Below the pieces are notes generated by a model. That model had not been told where the DNA came from. It saw nothing but the letters and a program-made list of their open reading frames with translations, and did not search any database. A program made the translations under genes and the position numbers. From assembly GCF_009914755.1 (NCBI RefSeq), contig NC_060925.1: a DNA stretch of 64,000 nt; one strand, given 5' to 3'. Each line of letters opens with the position of its first letter. The stretch's first letter is position 1. Below, one piece after another: positions 26,251-39,440 of this stretch. This DNA is from the human T2T-CHM13v2.0 reference genome, Homo sapiens.

Positions 26251-28629
26251 TCTCTCAGTCTGTGGAGGATGCCCTTATGCCTAGTGGTTTTATCTGTGGC
26301 TTTGAGTGGGGTGGGGCTTGGGAGTCATGACTCAATTTCCCCTAAGCAGGGACCAAGAGACATCCTATGTTTTGAGATAAGCACACTTAAATCTCCCACT
26401 TGTTAAAACATTTTCAGGTTCTTTGCCATAAGTGAAGGATGTGAAAGTCCTGGGGTGGGGGCCGGCGGGGGGTGGGTGATTACATGACAAAGCCAATGAA
26501 CAGTCTTAACCTGAGCAAAGCATGTGGATTGGGCCAAGGGCACCAAGTGCAAACAGTGTTGCTGCAGGCAGGGGTACCCGGGGAAACCAGCCTGCTTCCT
26601 ATTAGCGCTGAAGAGCAGCGAAGAAAGGGTGTAAATCAGGAGAGGACGGGGCCAGGTTCCTGTCTCCCAGAACCGCCTTTAGTCTTCTTCCCCAGGTCCC
26701 TCCAAACCAGTCCTGGGTGCTCCCCGCCACCCCTGACAGCTTCCTCTCTCATTAGGATCTCTCTGACAACCCTGAGGATTTACAACGTGAAATGTTTCCA
26801 TTTCCCTGACAAGGTGTCTCTGCTTCAAAGCGCCTGTGCCTGCCCTCCGGAGCCCAGGATGAAGGTGACTTCACAAGGGAGACAAATGAATCAAAGGGCT
26901 GACACCCATCCCTTTCTTTCCCCCCATAATACATCTGTTTATTATTGAACGGGGGCTTGCATGGTTCGTGATGAATTGTCTTCTCCTCCATAGCCATGTC
27001 CCCAGACGGCTGGGGAGGCTAAAGTGTCTTCCAGGAGCATCTGCTTTTGATCTCTGGTCCTTTCAAATCTTAGGTTAAAATCTTTAGCCTGACGGGCCTG
27101 AAAGGCAGCCTCCAGCAGCAAAGCAGGGGCAAAGGAGTGTTAAAACCCTGGAGAGGATCATCTGGGTTCTCCCGTGGAATTCCCTCTGATGGGCTGAAAA
27201 TAGAGCAGGGGGCTTTCTGTTTGGAGGGAGGCCCCTGCTTGGGTTTGAGGGCAGGGTTCTCATCTGCAGGTGCAGTGCCCTTGGGACCCTGGGAGAGGAG
27301 TGGAGGCTCAGGCTGTTCACCCCATACAAGGCTGGGCACTGGCTGCAGAGAGGAGGAGCCTGTGGTCCTCTGGTCAAAAAAGCACCAGTCACCTGCCATC
27401 GCTACCTCCTGTCCCTTCTTCAGATCTCCTCTGAAATGTCACTTCTGTAGGGAAAATTCTCTTGATCACCTCCAAACTGGGAGTGACAGTGACTGTCACC
27501 TGCTTACCACACCCATATCCTCTTCTTTCCAGGCACACAATTCAACTGCCTTCCCCTAGCCTCCTCTGTAGGTAGAGAAGGCCATGAGACTGACTCTGGC
27601 CATTGGAGCATGAGGCCACTTCCAGGCTTGGCCCCTGAGACCCTCCCAGTGTGATCCTTGTCCCTTCCCACGGACGCTGACTGCTGTTTCTGCCCATGAG
27701 AGAGCTTCTGTCCACCTAGGGCCCTGAGTTTTCCCTGGCCCACTGGGAATACTCACATTGGAGCTGTGAAGCTACTGAATGATGGGGGCTTGTTGTCACA
27801 ACAGTTAGCATCACCCACCCTAGGTCAGGTGCCTGTGGCCCGCGCTCCCCAGCCCCTGTACTTCTGGGTTGTACTTGGCGCCCTTGCTTACACTGCACTC
27901 TCTGGAGTAATTTGTATGATGTCTGTCTGTCTCAGGAGACAGTGTTCTCCCTGAGGGTAGAGACCGTCTCTCTTCTTCACCACTGAAAATGTGGGCCTAA
28001 CACAGCCCAGTGCACAGAAAGAACCCAATGAACAGCTACCAGATGACTGATGGACCAGGTGATGGTGAATCCTTCTGAGATCCACAACACACCTTAGCCT
28101 CATGGAAGCTGCCCAGAATGGGAGGTCAGGATCGCTGGCTTGGATCCCAGCTCTGCCCCACCATGCAGAAGCCGAATGTCCTTGGTCATTTCACACCACT
28201 TCTCTAAGCCTCAGCTTTCTTATTTGTCAATTGAAACAATTTCTCACCTCTCAGGGTTTGGGGGGAAATAAAGGACAGAGAGCCTGTGCAATTGCCAAGC
28301 ACGGTATGTGGCTTGTCATGTCACATTGTTCATGTGTTCATGTCACATTGATGACAGATACCTGAATCTTATTGCCAGATGTGGGGATAAGACCTTGGAA
28401 GTGACTCAAGCCACTGTTGACTCTGCCAATAGCAAACTGTGAGGGCAGTGAGGCATATGTCACCAGAAGATTGTAAAAATAAGACCCATACAGGGTTATC
28501 TATTAGGTCAAAGATGCATAGCTGCTGAGAGTTGGTGACCAAAGGATTCAGTGGAAGGATTACTCTCCAGGTATCTAGAATCCTGGACTGGGGCATTTCT
28601 ACTCAACCTCCAGTCCTTGGCCCCTGAGG

Positions 28630-28845
28630 CATGAGATCTAGAGCCAGGCAGTACCCTGCCACTGCCCAGCTGGGCAACCACAGGCACAACCTTTACCCTC
28701 TCTGAGTCTCTCGTTCTCCATGTTATAAACGAGGAAGACAATACTTAATGTCTTGAGGCGCAGTGTAGATTACATGGGTCAGAATTTGTAAATGTGCTTA
28801 GGACAGTGTCTCATCTAGAGGAAGCCAAAGTAAATTATTAGCTCC
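28630..28845 (+). mobile_element. MIR relic
   Basis: CCTCTCTGAGTCTCTCGTTCTCCATGTTATAAA...TGTAAATGTGCTTAGGACAGTGTCT. Confidence 0.7.
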
Positions 28846-29029
28846 CTTTGTTCACTGAGCTTTTTGCTACCTGGATGGAATGAAGTTGCTGAATATCTCT
28901 GGCTGAGTCTCCTTTTTCTCATCTGGCACAGGTTACCCTGCCTGCCTCACCCACCTGCTGTGACAGTCAAAGCAAGCATGGATGTCACTCTGCTTTGTAC
29001 ACTGCAGAGTATGCTACACAGGTAGGTTG

Positions 29030-29310
29030 TTAATAATAGCTACAACTATTAGTACTAGTAATAATAATATCAGTAGCTGTGGTTGGAAATGGTAGAAGTA
29101 ACTACAACAGACTTGGGTAACAGGATCGGGGTCAGGTGGTAATAGCAGCAGTGGCTGTGATGGATGTAATAGCAGTGAGGGTGGCCAATGCCTAACACTG
29201 CCCCAGTTAGTAGCAATGGCCATGACCAGCGTGGTCATGGAGGTGGCAGGTACAGTAACAGTAGCAGCAGTGATAGGCTGGTGGCAGAAGAGGTGACAGA
29301 GGTAGTCATT
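29030..29310. repeat. Degenerate (TAG/CAG/TGG)n trinucleotide low-complexity tract
   Basis: TAATAATAGC...AGTAGCAGCAGTGATAG periodicity. Confidence 0.7.
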
Positions 29311-29914
29311 GTGCTCAAGCCTTGCTGGCCTCCTTTCTGTTACCAGGCCCATGGAGCCTGCTGCTTGGGGAGATGCTGCAACTTCCTGGGCATCAGTGTT
29401 CTACAGGGTGACCAGGCAGTGAAAGAGCATTTCTTCAGCTTCCTACTGCTGGGGGGGCCCAGGTGTCCACAGGTGACTGAGCACTGACAGGTGGGCCAAA
29501 GGATCCACAGACCTGATGCTGCAGGCCTCTCATCTGCCAAATGCCTTCTCACATGGTCACCCCTAGGAGCCTTTGAGAATCTCCTGAGCAAAGTTAGGTG
29601 TTTTTTCCTCCATTGTCCCTTTAACGTTCATTCAACAAATATTCACTGGAGCCTACTGTAGGCCCTGAAGAAGAAGAATATAATTCCCAACTTCAAAAAG
29701 GCAACAGCTTCGAAAGAAATCCTCTGTGCATCTTCATTACAGCAGGTAGGTTGCTGTATTAAGGACGTTTATGGGGCTGTCCTTGGCACTAGTGCCGGTT
29801 CCCATCCCTATCTTGTTTGGTATGGAGTCTGGAGGTGCACAACAGCACTCGCTGGATCCCATTCATCTAAGAGATATTTTTGGAGTAGTTACCCAAGGAG
29901 AGACATAGGGAACA

Positions 29915-30068
29915 GTGGCTGAGTTCCAATCCCGGCTCACTATAACCTTGGACAAGTTGCTTAATCTCTGCCTCAGTTTGTTATAAGGATTAACTGAATT
30001 ATTATTACAAGTAAACTGTTTAGAATAGTGCTTAGTGTACATAATAATGCTATAGAAGTATTAGCTGT
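29915..30068 (+). mobile_element. MIR SINE
   Basis: AACCTTGGACAAGTTGCTTAATCTCTGCCTCAGTTT...AAGGATTAACTGA. Confidence 0.8.
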
Positions 30069-30074
30069 GAAAAT

Positions 30075-31620
<1,546 letters not shown>

Positions 31621-32914
31621 TGTGAATGAATGGTGAGGAGGTGATAACAGCTGAAGAATGTATCACACACTGGAGGAAATGGAAGCCATCATCGGAATTC
31701 AGGTTGACCATGTGGCTCTGGGAAGGCCAGCACCATGAAACAGCAGGTACAAATCCAGTCTCCAGTTTTAGAGCCTTGGGAAGTGCAGTCTGACATGCAA
31801 AGCTTTTAAAATTTTACGAGGGCATCCAGAGGAATAGGAAGAGGAAAAAAGGTAAGCTGGTGGGGAGTGATTTATACACATTACAGAAGTACATAAATGG
31901 TGCTGAGGGCTTCCAGCACCCTGCAGAAGCCATTGTGAGGTCAGTGGTGAGACAGGTCTATGTCCAGACGCAGTGTCATCTGGCCAGATGGCCCCTCAGC
32001 TGGTGGGTGTGTTTCATCTCCCCTGGGTTACCAGGAGAAGTGGATAAAGTTAGTGACTTATTTATTGTTTTCTGTTTCACATTTCAATTCAGTTGATTAT
32101 ATATAGTTTTCAAATATCTAAAAAAAAAAACAAAAACAAAAACTGATTTGCTTCCTAAAAGTGTCCTCCTCATCCCAACTCCTGGTGTTCTATGGGACAG
32201 AGTGCATTCACAGAACCTCTGGGGGGCCAGGCAGAGGGAGTGGCCAGTATGTGGAAAGAACATCCTTTGAGATCAGACTTAAGTAGAAACCCTCACTCCA
32301 TCACTTACCATCTGGGGGATGTTGAACAAATAAGAGCCTCCCTGAATTCTACTCGGGTTTCCTGGGTGTTGCCTTTTTAGGAAAGCCCTACTTTTACCTG
32401 CCCTTAGCCCAGGCTGGTGTAGGTTCTCTTTACAGCCATGCTCTTAGCGCACCTTGCCTCACATTTCAATGCTTGAGAGCTTGTTGACACTTGGCTATGA
32501 GCTTTTAGAGGGGAGCCCTTGTGTTTGATTTGACAATGAGTACACTGCACAGGGAAGTTGCCAAACATGCTGTTGTTGATTAAATGCACAGTCGCTACCT
32601 TCCTAGCGTTGTTCCAGGGACTAAAAGAGAAGAGTTATGAAAAAGTTCCCTGCCCACAAATCAACAGAGGGCTCAGGCATGTCTGCAAACTGCCTAGATT
32701 CATCAGAGGGGCAGGCTCTTGGACTCTGCGGGGGCCCAACTTCTCGGGCTGCTTCAGGATCCTGGCTTTGGTGATGGAATCACCAAAAAGCGATTTGTGA
32801 GACAATGCTCTTCCAGGCCTGGCATTATCCCGAAACCCCCAAATAACCTGCTGTGGATCCTCCCTCTGATTGTTGATTGTGCTCCTCCTTGAACTTACTT
32901 ATATTGTCAGCCTA

Positions 32915-33540
32915 TATTCATTCATTTATATTCTTTCTTTACTTCAGTAATTCAAATACTATTATTGAGGGCTCGGCGCATGGGGAGGCACTGTTCTGTA
33001 TGCTGGGGATACAGTGATACACAGTGTGGGTGGGGGTGTTGCGGATGCAGCCTACAATAATACTTAGGACTCTGCCATTGAGAGCCAAGCCGCCTTGGTT
33101 CACATCCTGGCTCTGACACTTAGTACTGTGACCTTGGGCAAGCTACTGAACTTTTCTGTGCTTCAATTTCCGTATCTCTGTAATGGAGATATAATGGTAC
33201 TTGGTTACTGAGTTTGGGAGGATTAAATAAATTCATCACATAAAGTGCTTTGAACAGTGCTTGACACATGGCAGGCACTCAGTAAGTTCTTGTTATTCTT
33301 ATAGCAGTGAACACAGAAAAGTCACTAGCCTCACAGGGATTACATTCCAGTGGGGAGACACACAACAAGCACCTTGACAAGGAGCTACCTAATACCAAGT
33401 GCCACGAAGAACAGCAGAGTGAGAAGATGGAACAGAATGGGACCAGGGTGTGCTATGTGAGATATGGCAGTCAGGAAGGCTTCTCTGAGGAGGTGATATT
33501 TCAGCAGGGCACTGAATGCATTTCGGACCACATGGGACCA
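32915..33540 (-). mobile_element. L2 fragment interrupted by MIR
   Basis: ATTCATTCATT tail; GGCACTGTTCTGTATGCTGGGGATACAGTGA; resumes CAGTGAACACAGAAAAG...TTACATTCCAGTGGGGAGACA. Confidence 0.78.
33047..33300 (+). mobile_element. MIR, near full length
   Basis: GGTTCACATCCTGGCTCTGACACTTAGTACTGTGACCTTGGGCAAG...GGATTAAATAA...AAAGTGCTTTGAACAGTGCTTGACACA. Confidence 0.9.
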
Positions 33541-35589
33541 AGTCATTGTGTCAATTAGCACCCCACCAGCAGTATGTGTGAGTGCTGGTAGTGAAGGAGG
33601 ACACTTCCAGTAGCAGAATGAACAAGCCAAGAGTGAAGAATAGGGACAGGGAAGTGAACATGACGTACCACTCCTTCCACAAAGAATCTGGGGCACCGTG
33701 ACACATGCTCTGCAACATGTGCTGAGGACACAGACATGACTCAGATGGCACTCCTGCCCTCAGGGGAGTGGCCAGACGTGGCCACAGACAACCAGAATAC
33801 TGGGTAGGAAGAGCTCAGGAGGAAGAGCTCTGCCAGTACAAGGGCAGGAGCCTCCTGCCTCCTCCTCCACCACCCCAGTCCTGGCTCAGCTTCCTGCATA
33901 ACAAGGGATCTAAAAACGCATCTCAAAGGGTTGGGAGATATTCAAACAGCCCTCAGGACAAAATCATATCCTGCGGCCCCTGCCTCACCCCAAGGATATA
34001 GATTTGACACTCAACAAAGGAATTCCCCAGGAGACGGCCACAGGGAGGAAGACCTGAGTTTCATAGCCTGAGCCTACACTGGACACAGAGGATGAGCGGA
34101 GGGGACGTGGATAGTCTCTTGCAGCCCACTCGCCCCACCCCCCAGCCAGGAAGCCCAGCCCAACACCCGCTTCTCACTGAAGTTACCATAAAGCACAGCC
34201 TGTATCTGATCACTCTGTGTGAGCACTGAGCGAGCTGTGGGTTGCTCTGCTGAGCGGAGGGAAGCATGTACACTTCCAAGTTCAACAACCTTGATGCCTG
34301 GCAGTGGGTGCCCTGGGACTGCCCAGCCTGGACCCCACTGCCCCCCTCCCACCACAGTTAAAGAAAGGCTCCTTGTTGAGGAGAGGAGCTGGTCAGGTTG
34401 CCCTCAGGTCTCGCTTCCCCAAGGACCAGGTGTTTTACTCGGCAGCAAACCAGAGCTGTCCTGGAACCAACCCTGTTCAGACTTTGTCACCCTGTCCATC
34501 ACCCTGGCTTGGCTGCAGGGCCCAAGGTGGCAGGAGACAGAGTTCACTCCTCATTTATTTTCAACATCCACTCTAGGGAGGTTGGATTAAAAGTCTCCTG
34601 GAATGACAGTGCCAGAAAGCCCTTGGGTGATCCTCTGGGCTGAAAGGGGCCCATAGGGCAGAGATTTCCTCAGGTCGCACTGCTGAGGAGGGAGGGGCAG
34701 AGATGGTGCTGGCACAGATCCCATGCCCACCCCACTCCCAGGCCTGCCTCCTCGTACTAGTGTTTGCTTTCCCCCAGGCCTGCGCATATTCTCCATCACT
34801 GGGACTTGTCCCACCAGTGAAGGGGGGAAGGTTCCTGTGTGCCTTGGCCCCAGTGGCAGGACTCATTCCAGCAATGGCTGCCGGGGGCATGGTGCCCAGC
34901 ACTGGGCTTCACAGGCACACATTGTGATCTCCAGCCCCTAAACCACAGGCTGTCCCTGCATCTGTCAAGTGCGATCTCTCCTGGCCCCTGCTGGCCCCTC
35001 CAAACAAGCTATCTTTATGAAATGCAATGACTGCCCTCCATATATTAAAATAACACCTCCCCAGGAAGGACCTCACGTCAGGGCTGCTGCACAAAGGGAC
35101 ATTCACAGGATGGCAGAGGGAAGCCAGCGGAGGCTTGGCCCAGGGCCTAGAGGGAAGAGAGGATGAGGAGTTTGGGGGTCTCGGGTTACAGAGAGAAGGG
35201 TGGGTTAAGGGAGGCAGGGATGGGGCTGTGGAGGCTCAAGGCTAACAAAGAAACTCTGGGTTCAACAGAGTCACGCAGCCCACTCCACACTGATGATGCA
35301 GACCCTGGGCCTGGCTATTTCCAGCCTGGGTCCAAATGCCATGGCCTGTACTGCCCAAACCTCCCTCTGGAACCCAAGCAGAGACCCTGGTGGGAAGTGG
35401 GGATGGAAAAGGCCTCAGATATTAGGATCTGCTTCCCAAAGATGTTGTAGCGAGAGTGGGCACAGAAGCCCAGTCTGTGCGTCACTAAAATCAGGCAGGC
35501 TTGGGGAACTGGGCTTGCCAGGCTATGTGTGATCTGCCCACGAGCTGAGCTCACCCTCTCTGAGGTACCTCTACCTCTCGGCCTGGGGA

Positions 35590-35780
35590 CTACAGTCTAG
35601 ATTCCGACTGGCCTGGGTTCTGATCCTGGTACTGCCACTTCTTGGGCAAGAAACTCCAACTCCCTTGGCATCAGTTTCCTCATCTGAAAAGTGGGAATCA
35701 TGACAACTCATCTAAAAGATGTGTTATGAGGATTAAGCAAGATAGTGTCAGTAAAAGTAGTTGCACATAGTAGGCTCTCT
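35590..35780 (+). mobile_element. MIR SINE
   Basis: TCAGTTTCCTCATCTGAAAAGTGGGAAT...GTTATGAGGATTAAG. Confidence 0.82.
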
Positions 35781-35794
35781 CTCCCTCTCTCCCT

Positions 35795-36320
35795 AACACA
35801 TATATACTGAGCCCCTAGTATATGTTGAGCACTGTTCTCAGTATGTGGGATATTCAGCATGCAACAGGCCCAAATTCCTGCTCTCCTGGATCTCACAAGG
35901 TATTGGATGTGATAGGGTAAGATGGACAGTAAACAAAAAACATAGCAAGTAAATTATGTAACATGTTAGATGACAGGAAGTGTTATGGGAAAGGAGAAAG
36001 TGGAGCAGGAACAGGGGACAGGTGCACTAGGCTGAAGTTTTAAATGGAGCAGTCATTGAGAAGGTGACATTTGAATAAAGACACATAAGAGATGAGGGAC
36101 AGCAAAGACCCTGAGACAGGATCATGCTTGGCATGTCCCAGAAACAGCAAGGAAGACAACGTGGCTGGAGGGGAGGTAGGAGATGATCAGAGAGGAAGCG
36201 AGCTGGGGGCAGCTGATCATTTTGGGCCTTGTAGGCTGCTGTACTGCACTTCCTAGGCGGCCATAGAAGGAGTAACCTGCGGAATGGCCCTGATGGATGA
36301 GGAGGAGTTCACCGAGCCAA
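35795..36320 (-). mobile_element. L2 fragment
   Basis: GAGAAGGTGACATTTGAATAAAGAC; AAACAGCAAGGAAGACAACGTGGCTGGAG. Confidence 0.8.
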
Positions 36321-37460
36321 GAAGCAGACAGGCTCAGAGGTGTATCCAGAAAACAGGCTCTTCCACACGGGGAGGACCCTGGAGGGCAGCTGCAAAGATG
36401 GAAGATTTTTGATGTGTTTTGGTAAAATGTGAATTGCATCTGAGGAAGAAATAGCTCTTCTTTTAAAAGGCAAGGTAGGGCCACCATATCCCAGATCCTG
36501 TATTCATCACCTTTCTTCGTAACTACATACTTGTCCTTATCACAGCTCAATCAGTTTCCTCCCTACCCCTCATTTGCACCACACAGGTGTACACACACAC
36601 ACACATATACAATCTGACCTGCCCCTGCCCAGCTAGAGAGCAGGTACCCAATGGGCCAGACACTGCAGCCGACCTACTCTACCTCTCTGAGCTTCTGTAT
36701 TCTTAAGCTGGAACTGACCATATCTTTTTTAGAGGGTTGATTATTGGTAAGGATTAAACTAACATGTAAAAATCCCTTGCAAAGGATAGCGTTCTATACA
36801 AACAGAAGTGTTAGCTATTTACCTGATACAAGAAAAAAATAACTGGAAGTTACTTTTATCCTATAAGAATTTTCCTTCAGTATCTACACTGTCCCAATTC
36901 ACTGATAATCACTCCAACAACACAGGTTGTTGGGTGGCACAGAATACTGGCTCAGAACATTTTTGTTAGATGAATGAATGAGCAGATGAAGGAAGGGAAG
37001 AATCTAGGCATAAAAGGCATAAAAGCAGGCAGGTAAGCTACTGGTGAGGAATGTGGAGGAGGCAACTTGTCAAGCAGGGGCTACGAAGGCTGGAACCCTG
37101 AGCCCTAACAATGGCAAGAAAAACAGTCACAACCTCCCCCATTCCCAGAGGCCTCCGCCCCAATCTTTGAGCCCGGGCTGCTCTGGCTCTCCCTCTGATA
37201 AAAGTCACTGCCCTCTCACTTAGGTGCCATTAGGATGCTAATGATGTGTGATTAGACCTGCTCTGAGACTCCCATTTGACTGACCTCAGGATGGCAGAAG
37301 TTTGCCTGGAGGCCAGGAAAGAAAAACACACAGAAAAGGAGAGGCCTAGGCTCTGGAGGGAAGCCAGGGAGGCACTGGGTGGGAACAGTCAAGAGCAAGT
37401 TAGGGGCTCTGCATCTTCAAGGGGACTTTTTTGAAGCCAGAAAGAACCTTGATGGTCATA

Positions 37461-37768
37461 CGAGCTCTAACTCCCTTATCTACAATTCTGAAATCCAAAA
37501 CGCTCTGAAGAATGTCTTTGGTAACTTGACCTGAACTTATCCAAGGCTATATATAGCCTTGATCTCTCCCACGTTTTGTGAATATTCATGTTTTGCTGCA
37601 CAAATGTTAATGTATTTGATTAAGAATGCTGCTCCAGGCCACAATGGGGTGTTAAATGATGTATGGATATATACCATATTTTGCCATCTAACATCCAAAA
37701 AATTCTGAATTCTGAATTCTGAAACAAATGTGGCTTCAAGGGTTTTGGAAGAGAGACTGGAGATCTAC
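37461..37768 (+). mobile_element. MER46C (TcMar-Tigger derivative)
   Basis: CTCCCTTATCTACAATTCTGAAATCCAAAACGCTCTGAA...GTGAATATTCATG...AATTCTGAAACAAATGTGGCTTCAAGGGTTTTGGA. Confidence 0.85.
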
Positions 37769-39244
37769 TCTACTCAGCTGTGGATTTCTTTAAATTGCTT
37801 ATTCCTCCATTGACTCATTCACTCATTCATTCATTCATTCATTCACGCATTCAGTCTTCACGGCCTTCACCACCTACATGTATCCTTTTGCTGTTGGAGA
37901 AGGCCTTACATCCATATTTTTCCTCAGCAAGTGCCCACTGAGTCTTTCTGGATGTGAGACCCTGGCCTGGGCCCATAAGGGCTCATCTTACATATCTTTC
38001 TGTCTCTGCATTTGTCCACTGGGCTGTGTCCTCTGTTTCCATCTGACTTCCACTCCAGGTGGGGGTTCTTATGTGCACAGGGCATGATCTTCTGCTTGCC
38101 CCACAGATCTTGGCATGCATGTTGGTCTCTGCAAGTGGAGTGCCCTCAACAACCTCCTACAGACATGGAGAAGGCCCAGGCCCTGTTCTCTAAGGTGCTC
38201 ATGCACACCTGGAGGAGTGGGCCACCCAGAGTGGGACCTAGAGAATCACAGATCAGTAAGGCAAGAAGGACCTGCGAGCGCTTCTGGTTTAGCCCCTTCT
38301 GGTGCTTTGGTCCCCTGAAACAAGGCCCTGCAAGGCCACTTGGACACTGCTGTGGCCCACTCCATTACATACAATGCCACCTCTGGAAAACTGCTGTCTG
38401 ATAAGAGGATATCTGCCTACGTGGCACTCTGCCCATGAATCTTGGGAGCAGTGAGAGATGCAATCATTCAAAGTTGGGGAAACCATGGAAGGCTTTCTGG
38501 AGGAGGTACTATTAGAACATTTTGAAGAAGAAAAAGGATTTTGGTAAGTTTTGTGTGTTTGTGCAATAGTGGTGGTGGTGGTGGTGTGTGTGGTGGGTAG
38601 ATACAGCATTCCAAGGGAAGCCCTTGGAAATGATAATGAGCCCTGGTTGTGGTGGACAGGGCGATGCAGCCTCCAGGTCCCATGTTAATGAAGGACTTGT
38701 TGCCCCAGCTGCTGTCAGTGCTGTCAGAGTGCAGCCTTGCACTGTCAGTCTCTTTTGCCCCAGTTGCAGAGCCTCTTTGCTCAAAGTTGGGCCCTTCAAT
38801 GCACGACCCATATCCAATGAGAGTCAATTCAATGAGGAATAAAGGCAGGTATGCAAAGGCCCAGCCAGCTATTTCAGATCCAAGTTTCCCTGTGGAAAGT
38901 GCTTGGGCCTGCATCTCAGCTTGACTTCTCCCTCTGCTCCATTTGTTTTCTCCACCCACCCCCAAGGACCTCCCTAATAAATATACATGGAAACCACCTC
39001 AGAGTCGGCTTCCCAGAGAACTCACCTGCCAGACTGAGGGGGTGTGGGGGAGGAGGTCAGAAGAGGGTGCTGTTGGCAGATTGTTGTTGGAGGGACTGTT
39101 GGAAGATTGGGCTGGAGAGGCAGGACCTGGCCAGCCCACAATACTCTCTCTCCCCGTTTGGGTTTAGGGTTCCTAAGGCAGGGCCCACTTGCTCTCACAC
39201 GACTTCAGGAGAGAGTGCTAAAGCCATGAGTTGGCAGGAACCGA

Positions 39245-39440
39245 GCAAGTGCCACCTGCCAGGCACTCTGTTGGGTACTTAGTGCCTGTTATTTAGTGGG
39301 ATCTTCACACCGACTTTACCTGTAGGTTGTATAATTATCTTATCCTTAATAGATGAAGGAACTGAACACTGAAGAGTTTCAGTCATTGCCAAGGTCATGC
39401 AGCTAGAAAGTGGGAGCACCTAAAAGTGAAGTCTGATGCC
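39245..39440 (-). mobile_element. MIR relic
   Basis: AGATGAAGGAACTGAACACTGAAGAGTTTCAGTCATTGCCAAGGTCATGCAGCTAG. Confidence 0.75.
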
